From IMG/VR virus record IMGVR_UViG_3300025305_000009: a DNA stretch of 20,000 nucleotides; one strand, given 5' to 3'. A program made the translations under genes and the position numbers. The notes beneath the pieces are model-generated. The model saw nothing but the letters and a program-made list of their open reading frames with translations, was not told the DNA's origin and did no database searches. This DNA is from an uncultured virus (IMG/VR IMGVR_UViG_3300025305_000009) (Duplodnaviria; Heunggongvirae; Uroviricota; Caudoviricetes). Positions 8,527-18,500 of the stretch are shown one piece after another. The stretch's first letter is position 1; the number at the start of each line of letters is the position of its first letter.

Positions 8527-9455
8527 CAGAAGTTGCCCTCACTGAAAGGATCCGTATCTGTGAAGTCAAAGATATCATCTTGATCTCTAAACAATTCAAT
8601 ATATTCATTATCACCTGCTGGTTTATCATCTTGGGGTTCTTGCGGAATAATAAGAGTTGTTGTTGTGCTGCTATTAATTTCATATTCTGCACCCGAAACA
8701 GCACCTCTTAAAGTTTGACCAGTTGATGTTAATATGGTCCCGACAATATTTGTAAGGGTAAGTTTCGTATCAGATGAACTCCAATCTGTTGCGGTTGCTG
8801 TCGCAGTTGCATTTGCCAGCAATGCAGTATCTCCAGTAACACCAGAAACCTGAAACACCGATTCGCCCTCAAAGAAATTAGTTGCAGCAACACCACTGAT
8901 CCGTGTACCAAGATCAAACTCAATGGCAAATTTCTTAATTTCACTTTCAACAGTATCAATATCGCTATACCCTGTGTCAATTTCTTCTTGACTATAGGTG
9001 AACACTTCACATGATAATCTATATGTAAACAACTTACCTAATTGATAAAATGGATTTTCATGTTCTACAAAATTAATTTCAAAAAGGGTTTTACTCAACG
9101 GAAAATATATTAAATCACCTTCTTTTGGTCTAGTAATACTTTCATAAATACCAACCGTTTCTTCAAACCTTTTTCGTGAAACAATAAGATCCATTCTATC
9201 TTTGATCTCAATCCCAAACTTAGACAGAATATCACCCTCACCTTCAAACCCATCAACACTTGCAATATACATTTCTAATTGGTATCCATCATCAAATTTA
9301 GAGATTGTATCTTCACCAAACAATTCATCTTTATTAACTAGAGTTCGGGGAACATAAACCATGTCTCTGCCCATTGATTTAATAATTTCAATGGAGAGAT
9401 CTTCAACGGCATTTTGTTCGCCTGAGTAATCTTTAAAGTGCGGATTTCTTGCCAT
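8526..9455 (-). CDS. gp14: Neck protein gp14
   Basis: G.DM.YVPR, LFGED..SKF, EMY...DGFEG, RPKEGDLIYFP, FEINFVEHENPFYQLGK and C-terminal FDFTDTDPF. Confidence 0.95.
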   Translation of the reverse strand: MARNPHFKDYSGEQNAVEDLSIEIIKSMGRDMVYVPRTLVNKDELFGEDTISKFDDGYQLEMYIASVDGFEGEGDILSKFGIEIKDRMDLIVSRKRFEETVGIYESITRPKEGDLIYFPLSKTLFEINFVEHENPFYQLGKLFTYRLSCEVFTYSQEEIDTGYSDIDTVESEIKKFAIEFDLGTRISGVAATNFFEGESVFQVSGVTGDTALLANATATATATDWSSSDTKLTLTNIVGTILTSTGQTLRGAVSGAEYEINSSTTTTLIIPQEPQDDKPAGDNEYIELFRDQDDIFDFTDTDPFSEGNF

Positions 9456-9459
9456 TAAA

Positions 9460-10263
9460 TTAACCTACATTAAAATCAATTGGGAGTTCATATGTATTTT
9501 TCAATTCTTCTTCTAGTCTCTGAATTTCTTCATTTGCCTCGTTATATATTTCCCCACCCCGAAGAGAAACACCACCCGGCAATTGAATACCTTCAAATTT
9601 AGACATATTCTGTCCCCATTGGCGTTTGATGAGAACAGTTGTATATTTTTTCAACCAAACATCATCAAATATTTGAGAGAACGTAACAGAAGGTACTTTC
9701 ACATATGCTTCAATTACTAAATATTTACCAACAGAAATATCAGATTTATTCATGTCTAAATGTATTTTATTTGACACTTTATTGAATCTAATTATTTTTT
9801 CGGGCTGAAAGAAATCTTCAATCATGTTAATATATCTTTTAGTTGAATCATACCTGGCTAAACCTACACTACTGTTAGCACCCAATCCTCGGTTGATTCC
9901 AAAATAATCAGACAATGCCATTTGGTATCTCACATCAAACATGTTGATGTTTGCAAAAGTTCCAAACTGAAACAAACGAGACACACTCAATATGTCTTTT
10001 CCAGTAGGGCCATCTCCTGTAGGACCGTTTATTGGACCCAGACTATCGGTACTGATATACAGATTATCTTTGTCTGTTTGAGTAATTTTATAACTGAAGT
10101 ATGCCTTTTCAGAACCATCAAAGTGTCGTTCTGAGAACATCTCCAATGCTTCGTCTAAACGATCTTCACATTGTTGTCTATCAACATTAATTTCTACCAC
10201 TGGAGAGCCTAGTTTCCGAAGAGAATAGTCTATCAATTCGTCCCTAGATGTTGGTGCTGCCAT
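9460..10263 (-). CDS. gp13: Neck protein gp13
   Basis: LIDYSLRKLGSPVVEINV, HFDG, WLKKY....IKRQWGQNMSKFEGIQLPGGV. SD AGGAG. Confidence 0.95.
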   Translation of the reverse strand: MAAPTSRDELIDYSLRKLGSPVVEINVDRQQCEDRLDEALEMFSERHFDGSEKAYFSYKITQTDKDNLYISTDSLGPINGPTGDGPTGKDILSVSRLFQFGTFANINMFDVRYQMALSDYFGINRGLGANSSVGLARYDSTKRYINMIEDFFQPEKIIRFNKVSNKIHLDMNKSDISVGKYLVIEAYVKVPSVTFSQIFDDVWLKKYTTVLIKRQWGQNMSKFEGIQLPGGVSLRGGEIYNEANEEIQRLEEELKNTYELPIDFNVG

Positions 10264-10269
10264 TAGATA

Positions 10270-10310
10270 ACTCCTGATGTCTTTCTTATATGTATAAAAG
10301 CATCAGAAGT
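10270..10310 (-). promoter_or_regulatory. RBS-occluding hairpin with late promoter TATACATA (10289-10296) in its loop, upstream of gp13
   Basis: mRNA arms ACUUCUGAUG (10310-10301) and CAUCAGGAGU (10279-10270) form 10 bp with one G-U pair and cover the SD AGGAG. Confidence 0.7.
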
Positions 10311-10319
10311 AAAGTTGTT

Positions 10320-10856
10320 TTATGAATTAGTTTTTATCTCTTCTTTTGGTGGAGGTGCTGGTTGTTCACCAATCTTGACTGGAACTTTTCGTATTTCTTT
10401 ATAATCTACATTTTCAATATAATATTTGCGGGTAACCGGTTCTTCTGCTTCGTCTGGTGTGCTAACAACATAATTCGTAAAACCAGGCATCTGTAAAGGA
10501 CATGCTAATTTTGGATAATCCAATTTACTATATTCATCTGCTTCTTGTACGAGCCATGTCGTTTTTTTGTCGCCACATCCACATGCACCACAATAATTCT
10601 TCCCTTCACCAACATCACTATCTATAAGATGCTCACAAGGAGGCAGAATTCCACCTTGATCTTGATTACCAAAACAACTCAACACACGAAGTTGTTTTAT
10701 AGGAGTGTTGATTTTCTTGTTGCCAAAATTTCGTGATGCAAGTGCAACAGCAAAACTCTGAACCATACTGAGTTTCTGTTTAATACCTCGTTTATTTGGG
10801 TCTACAGGCACACTACGAAATTGAACATCATCTGGTGGTTTATCACTCACGATCAT
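10320..10856 (-). CDS. Small Cys-motif (putative metal-binding) protein, 178 aa
   Basis: R..SC.G....PPCEHL....YCGACGCGD....CPLQ pattern. Start may be GTG at 10850, where GGAG lies 8 nt upstream. Confidence 0.8.
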   Translation of the reverse strand: MIVSDKPPDDVQFRSVPVDPNKRGIKQKLSMVQSFAVALASRNFGNKKINTPIKQLRVLSCFGNQDQGGILPPCEHLIDSDVGEGKNYCGACGCGDKKTTWLVQEADEYSKLDYPKLACPLQMPGFTNYVVSTPDEAEEPVTRKYYIENVDYKEIRKVPVKIGEQPAPPPKEEIKTNS

Positions 10857-10883
10857 ATCTCCATACTAAAATTGAACAGATAT

Positions 10884-10911
10884 ATTATATATTATATATG
10901 TTCAGAATCAA
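10884..10911 (-). promoter_or_regulatory. Putative sigma70-type (early/host RNAP) promoter TTGATT-N16-TATAAT
   Basis: -35 TTGATT at 10911-10906, 16-nt spacer and perfect -10 TATAAT at 10889-10884. The region is very AT-rich, so a chance match is possible. Confidence 0.5.
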
Positions 10912-10913
10912 TA

Positions 10914-12518
10914 TTATTTTATTGGTATTACAAGAAAGATTCTACTAAAAGCAAAATCTGAAATTGGTTGCACTGCAACAAAAGAATCATCATCAAAATT
11001 TTGAACATGTGCATATATTTTATTTTTAACTCTCTTATTATATAATGAATTTGTCCAGTAATATCCTTTTTTCATTTTATTATATGGATAATGCGTGTTC
11101 TTAATAATGCTGTTTGTAATAAATTCTAATTCTTGTGTTTGACGATATGCAAATGATAATATATCCTGAGAGGGAACTCCCCACTTCAAATATTGTGCAT
11201 ATTTTTTCCGTAATCCAAATTGTATGTCATTAACCCACGATTTATTGTTTTCTGCCATGTCCCACGAAGAGTTGTTGCGAATAACTGACGATGACAGTTT
11301 TTTAGTACGGCTATTCTTTGCCATACCAACCCTATTGGAATATGAATCATGATTGGCTATAATTACTGCATATTCATTTTTACTATTTTCTGTGTTGCTA
11401 GTTGCTTCAGCAACATAATCTTTTGCGGGTCCGGTTTCCGGATTACCATAACATATACTACCAGAACCAAAGGTGTTGGATTTAACATTAAATTTTCCAA
11501 GATACCTCCCCCCAAATACTAAATCACCCAATTCCCAACCATTTACATATGATGCTGATATGCTACCTGCATTTTCAAATAAATCTAATGCTTCTTTACA
11601 CTTTGTTGATTCAGATGTGTAGAATTCATTGTCAGAATTCACCCCAAGCCATATACCTCTTTTATTATTACACGCACCTTCATCGAGTAAAGAACAGACT
11701 GAATTATCGTTATCCTTGTAAACACAACTTGATGTTACGGTACTTGTACTTGTTTTTGATTTGGTTTCTTTTTGTGTATTAGTTCGGTCTATCTCCTCGG
11801 ATCTTTGACGGACTATTAACAATCCAGATGCAATGTCTCGTACACCCATTGGTGTATAAGCACCATCACTACAATCTGTTACGTTGGGCCCATAAATAGA
11901 TACATCATTAACACAAATTTCATTTGGTCGCCATTGTGTGTTTTCGTGTGGAGGGGGTTCTACGTCAGCACATTCTTCTAAGGTACATTTGGAGTGACAT
12001 ATATCACTAACACAACATGCACCTGGCCATCGCACATCTTTGTTTCTAAACTCCCTTGTACATAAAGATTGTATAGAATTCCTCTCGCCACCGAAGTAAT
12101 CGCATGGGTGGTGACTCCACCTTCCATTTAATCTGTCACATTCACATCTGGTGACGTTATTTTTCACACCACCTTGATAACAAGTTAATTGATTGTTGGG
12201 ATCTTCACAGGTGGTAGTATTGGCAGAACCATCAGTATTTGACCCAGGATATCGATAAAAATCATCAAAATTTTCAACATAGCCGCATGCACAACAACAA
12301 CCTCTAGTAGACAAAGAAGGACACTCAAGGTTCACCAAGATTGGATCACCATTACTATCATATTCAGTCTGAATAAAAAGTCCACCACCTTCAATACAAT
12401 CTTGATATGTTGATTCAGTCGGAGTTTCGTCATCTGACATACAACATCCACCCAAATCAGATATAATAAATGTATAATCAATTGCTGATTTTATTCTCGA
12501 TCTGTGTTGAAAAGTCAT
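10914..12518 (-). CDS. Cys-rich protein with C-terminal DUF1566/Lcl-C (CLec-fold)-like domain; putative fibre/receptor-binding protein
   Basis: N-terminal GGCC/GCCC/GACC repeats. The C-terminal GDLVFGGRYLG...WGVPSQDIL...YYWTNS...AHVQNFDD...SRIF echoes the W.LPS..EL...YWSS...A...F..G...VR pattern. ATGA-coupled to the upstream gene. Confidence 0.7.
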   Translation of the reverse strand: MTFQHRSRIKSAIDYTFIISDLGGCCMSDDETPTESTYQDCIEGGGLFIQTEYDSNGDPILVNLECPSLSTRGCCCACGYVENFDDFYRYPGSNTDGSANTTTCEDPNNQLTCYQGGVKNNVTRCECDRLNGRWSHHPCDYFGGERNSIQSLCTREFRNKDVRWPGACCVSDICHSKCTLEECADVEPPPHENTQWRPNEICVNDVSIYGPNVTDCSDGAYTPMGVRDIASGLLIVRQRSEEIDRTNTQKETKSKTSTSTVTSSCVYKDNDNSVCSLLDEGACNNKRGIWLGVNSDNEFYTSESTKCKEALDLFENAGSISASYVNGWELGDLVFGGRYLGKFNVKSNTFGSGSICYGNPETGPAKDYVAEATSNTENSKNEYAVIIANHDSYSNRVGMAKNSRTKKLSSSVIRNNSSWDMAENNKSWVNDIQFGLRKKYAQYLKWGVPSQDILSFAYRQTQELEFITNSIIKNTHYPYNKMKKGYYWTNSLYNKRVKNKIYAHVQNFDDDSFVAVQPISDFAFSRIFLVIPIK

Positions 12519-15500
12519 AAGATATTCCTCATCTCATATCTATAGGTCGAATCACATTCGGGGTACGGACATTCTCCAGAATCACATACCATCCAAACAC
12601 AAACTCCATCAGGAAGTTTAACAAAAGATAAAGATGTGTAAGCAGTGGTTTTACCTTTATCCCCAAATCTCTTATTCATTTCTTTAAGAATAATATCTGC
12701 TGCTTTTGGACTCTTGGTTTTAGCCATGTTTAATGCTGTTTGCCAACTCCCCACACTATCAGGATTTTCTCTGCCACCTCTAGCGGACCTATCATCATAT
12801 GGCTTGTATAGATATACGGCACCAAAATATCTCTTGCTTTGCTCAGATAAGTTTCCAAGAGCAGTTGGCTCATAATGTAGAATGTTATCAACGTCAAAAT
12901 TGTCCGCATGCTGATAGTGTCCCGGGGCTCCAACAGCAAGAAAATCACCGGAACCATACATCCCTTGGCCAAATCTATCGTCAGAATCTCCATCATATGA
13001 TTTAATGGTTTTGGTCGGAAGCCATCTTGGGCCGCCGGGCCCTTCTCGGTAGGAGAAAACATGAACGCCGCCTTGTGTCGGTTTCCCATCGATGTCCTGG
13101 GTTTCAGCACCTATTGCTATATTATTTTCATCCAGAATGGAAACTGACCAACCAAAGCGACCGGCTGGCAGATATTCGCCAGGTTTTATAACATATTCTA
13201 AATTCCATCCACTTCTTCCATCAGAATTACGAAAAACAGATACAGTTCCTTCTCCTCTATTGGTCCTATCATATGGGGCCCCGATGGCTATTAAGTTTCC
13301 ATAAATCGCAAGCGAATTTGAGTTATAATATGATCCAAGGCTCCAGTACGACGACCAACTACCTGCTCCCACACCGGCCCAATCCCAAAGCCCACCAAAC
13401 GCATCTCCACTAAGACCTTGCGGATTATTGAAAATTTGAGTTTCTTCCCATTCCCCCGCCACCTTTTCATAAAGATATACAAATTCACTCCTTGATGTCA
13501 CTGACTGGTCAGTGCCGCCCCAGGCTCCGAAACCATGAGGGGATGAACTTGCAAGGATTCTATCTCCGTCTATAGCAATATCTGAGCCAAAGTATTCATC
13601 AGTATTATTATGCTCATATTCGTCCCAATTGCTTGGTCCCGGTAACCTATAATTCGGAAGAGTATAATATACGGGCCCGCTGGGTGAATGTTCAAAATCC
13701 ATACACTCCTCGACAGGTAATCCCCAAACATTGTTCACATGATCATATTCATATACAAAAACCCCACCAGGAAACCAAGGCCTCGACTCGCAGCCGCCAT
13801 TGTCACAATTGATGAGTCGGTTTCGGTCCGAATGGAAGGCGGATCCAAGCACTATTTTTTCTGAATCAACATGAACCCGTGATGAGATGGTGAGGCCGCG
13901 GAAATTATTTCCATCTGGATAAAAATTACTCCCGCATGTTCCCGATTGCTCGAACGGAGGCACGATGTTGTTGTCGCATGGTGTGACCAATCTTGCGGCA
14001 ACATCCCACACTTGCGAATTATTATTAAAATTAAGGACGTATCCAGTCGTTAATTGATCGTGAGGAGGATTTGGCTCTTCTCCACCTTCACCACACTGCG
14101 GAATATATTCAGTAAGTGGCCATACATCGGTTACACTTGTCGTTGGGGGTTGACCCATCCCAAGAACTAATGTATCATTAGATATAGAAATATCTCCAAG
14201 AGTGCCGAAGTAAAACGAACCGGTCTGGTCGTTCCAAGGGGGGTACGCAGTCTTATGTCCCCATTTCCCGTATAGTGGCCCCCCGGGATATGGGTCCACC
14301 GGTAGAACATATTCTATTTGTTCTTGGACCCACTGTTCATCCTCATTAAGACGATAAACATAAAAATAACTGGTGCCTGTTAGCGCGCCATCGTAACCAT
14401 ATCTAATATCCCCAATCTTATGAGGGGCTATAATACTAAGTCTACTCCCCGTAGTAATTCCACCAAGTCCCCCAAGTCCACCCTCTTCTGGATACCTTAC
14501 AAGGCTTCCTGATATTTGATGACCGAACATTCTAGGCCATGCGAAAACGTTATAATCCGGATTAGAATAGACAAAACATTCAGGTTCATCAGGATCACAC
14601 CCCGGTCCAGGTGTTAAAAATTCAGTCTCATATTCGGGGCATGGTCCTAATGCACTTATCACTTCAAGCAAATCTCTCACACCAACTATCCCATCTCCAG
14701 TGATATCTGCTGGACCACCTTCCTGTCCCCAAGAATCAATTACCAAAAGTATATCATGTACATTAACAACACCGTCGTTATTAATATCTGCGGGACATCT
14801 ACGAATGTGTCGCGGGCTTCCATAGTCTTCCCCATTTCTATTCTCTTCACCTATTATTGGTATCGCCATCATCTTGCCGGTGCCTTCCGTACACGACCCG
14901 AAGTCGTCACATGTGCATTCTCCCACGCAACCCACACCAAACATCGGCTCACAACCACAACCGCAATTCTCCGTCTCGGCGTCGGCGTCGCAATATCCTT
15001 GTTCAACTATGCAACTGCAAGGACAACAAGTGAGGTTCCCCCCCGGTGCGTCAGGCGCGCAGCAGTAACCAGGCGAACAACAGGACAGCCCGCAGCACGC
15101 GGTATTGCCCGGGCAACACACTTCGGCGGTCCCGCAGCAATGGGAAGGGCGTATCACCCCACCCCCGCATCGATCATCAGGATCCGCACAGGTTTTTCCA
15201 GTATTATACTGATATTCGGGGCCCTCTTCGTAACATTCTTCTTCAGTCAAGCCATCTATACACTCCTCATAGTCGTTGGAATAACAACAACAGCATGTAC
15301 CAAAATCCGGAATGATTTCATTACCACAACACTCCCCGAAGCAGCACTCTGCATCTTCACCACCACAACACGCCCCGCCGCAGCACATTGCATCGCCGCA
15401 ACAATCGTCATCTCCAACACAACTTCCCGTGGCACAAGTGCAGGAAAGATCTTCTGGATAACAACACACACCACTATTACAACAACACTCCTGGTCCGTG

Positions 15501-18500
15501 CCATCAGTTGGGCATTCGCAACTCATATAACCAATATCTCCTGGTTCACCCACCGTACAATCACCGTCCACCTCGCATTCCCCCCCCAGAACACAAGGTT
15601 CATCACTACACGATTCATTGGGATGCCACACACACAAATCATCACAAGCAGACTCTAGCGTATCTTCACATTCAGAATTAGGACAACAACAAGCACCCCC
15701 AATACAAAATTCGTTGGAAAATGTTAATTGACCATCAAGGCCCTCATCTGCACAACAAATCTCACCTCTGGGATTTCGGACAACAGGACCATAAGAAGGT
15801 AAGAATATCTCTGGATGGGGAACTGCGGGCGGGGGGAAGTGTGAATCTTCGAAGATTGGTGTACCGCCACGCAGTAATCCACCCAAACAACCACCCTTAC
15901 CAATATTATTATCTATCCTACAAGACACATAAGGACCAGGATATGATGGCGTTGGATCGGTTTCTTCGTACATATGCACGCAATCGCAATCATAGTAACA
16001 ATGTCTCATATAATCATTATCATCAGCCACACCACCGGTGCAAGAATCATCTTGACCACACACTTTCCCAGCATTCCACCAACAATCTTCCGTTGTACTA
16101 CACACCAAACCAGAATCGGTGTGTTCCGCACAAGTTGGTATTGGGTCGTCATCAACCCAACAACAACATGTACCAGAACTAGTGTCGGGATATCCTGCAT
16201 AAATATGACTCACACCGGTCGGCTCGTTCGGGGCAGTCCCGCCAAACCATAACGCCCAATTAGAAGGACTATCACCGAGCAGGACTTCTTCAAAACCACA
16301 ATATAAATGTTTACAGTATGCACCGGTGTAGGGAGACCAATTGTCTGCGAAGTGGTGCCAATTATTTACGTCAACTAATTCAACACTCATGTTGAAACAG
16401 TCATATGCAGTCCCGTTAAAACAAAAGTAAGTATATCTTGTCTTTGTGCCCCCACCAACCAAATACTCATGGCGATGCAAGCATGGAGCAATTTCACCAC
16501 TACTACAGAAATTACTCATTGTGTATTCGAAATATTCATCGCCGTCAGAATCTGGACATGTACTGTTTGGTCCAGCCCAAAACGTATATTCGGCACCTGT
16601 ATAATTTTCGCATTGATACTCTGTCACATCATTATTGCAGGCGATTGCAGTATTAGGCATACCAACACAACACGACCCCCTTGGCATAGAATAACAACCA
16701 TCTGTTATGTCTTCACATAAACTACCATCACCATGATACTCAGGATTATCCTGCCCCGGAATTTGCGGAAGTTCATCATCCGGACACACCATATAACCCG
16801 TACCTGCGCAGTGTGCTGATGTCAGTTCATCACAGTTCCAATTTTCCGAGTCGTCGCAGTGAAGAGGTTCATCTTGCTCGCCCATGCAACACCAACAACA
16901 TGCACCAACAACGACCTCAACACAAGGGTCATCACTACACGATTCATTGGGATGCCACACACACAAATCATCACAAGCAGACTCTTGCGTATCTTCACAT
17001 TCAGAACTAGGACAACAACAAGCACCTATATTACATGGATTAGTATCACCACATGAATTTCCAAGATAGAACTGGCAATCTAGGTTTCCACCCTCGCATT
17101 GATCAGCATCACCACAGGTTTTTCCGCTATGAAATTCACATTCAGAGGCTAGTTCACATGTTGTTTGATCCCAATCACCTTCTCCTGGGACATTCTGACA
17201 ACTATAAGTTCCTTCGTCGAAATCATAACAACAGCATGTACCTGCTGACTCACACATTTCATTTGACTCTGAATCGCTACACGCTGGCTCACCACTCGGG
17301 GGCGTACAACAGCATGTACCAGAACACGGATTTTGTGTACAAGTTGCGTGTTGTTCTCCATGCCAAACGCCATTCGTTCCCAAACACTGACTTTCAGTTA
17401 TCACAATACAACTAGGCACGCCGGGCGGCACGTTCTCTCGGCAACATGCACCTGTTGGTGGGATGGTGTCTAAACATAAAGAATTATCTCCGGGACAAAT
17501 TGTGTTTGTGTAGAACAACCCCCCCATATTTGCACATTCTACAGCAGATAAACTATCATGACAAACGGGGTTTAAAGGATCTCCAAGAATACCAGATGTG
17601 CAACATGCCCCCGCATCTTCTGTTCCTTCTCCACATATATCATATCCACAGTAAGTTCCAATGCCCATGAACAACCCCGTATTGAGAGAGCAATCATGAA
17701 CAGATGTAATACTGCATTCACCGTTATTTTTGCAACATGCACCATATTCTGATTCAGAAAAACAACAAATTTCATTAGAATTATCACATGTAGTTTCTGG
17801 TCCCAGGAATATACCAACACCGGGTCCGGTTCCGCCCAAAGGTGAGATTGTTGTACATGATATGTAATCACTATATTCACAATGGGAATATTCTATACCT
17901 ATTATTGTTGTTTCGTCTTCGTCATATAGTATTCTTTCTGGATAGCAACATGCTCCATAATATAATTCAGCACCACAACAATCAGTGTTACCACAATCAG
18001 CACACTCTCCTCCCGTGGCACCTGGATCTCTACTGGTAGCAATAGGAGTTCCACCATAAACATATCTACATATCGCAGGTGATAATGGACCCACCCCAGT
18101 ACCACTATGATCTCCGATACAAGAACCATCCTTACAGCATGCAAAACAATTAGTGGAGCAGACTGGGGAACATAATTCGTTTGTTAATTCAGATTGACCG
18201 AGAAGGGTTCCCCGATTACTAATACATCGGGAATCAGTATCAAAATCATCAAACAACCAACAGGGGAGAGGACCACCACATGTAATAGGCAAAGGCGTTT
18301 CCAATGGAACCATTCGGTAATCACCATTAGACGGATCTCTCTCAATATAATTAAAAGTTTCATAAAAGTGGCTAAAGAATTGATTACATTCTTTTTGGCC
18401 GAGATTAGTTAAACAAAGACCATCTTCTATCGAGCCTTCGTTTGATCCACTGCTACAACAAATGCCTTCTGCTGTTACACCACAAGAATCTGCACAAGAA

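Noticed and set aside
10873..10904. TGAACA...TGTTCA inverted repeat as an intrinsic terminator
   Set aside because: The stem is weak and AT-rich with only a short U-run, and it overlaps the better-supported sigma70-like promoter. It could be an operator, but this cannot be supported.
14756..15658. 300-aa plus-strand ORF and the many other short plus-strand or alternate-frame ORFs
   Set aside because: They are antisense or frame shadows of well-supported minus-strand genes. Their Thr/His/Asn-rich composition simply mirrors Cys/Gly codons, and no RBS or domain is evident.
15590..17026. 108-bp repeat pair as a DGR template/variable repeat
   Set aside because: The mismatched adenines are split between the copies (two in copy A, one in copy B on the coding strand), both copies are mid-gene and in frame, and no reverse transcriptase is in the window.
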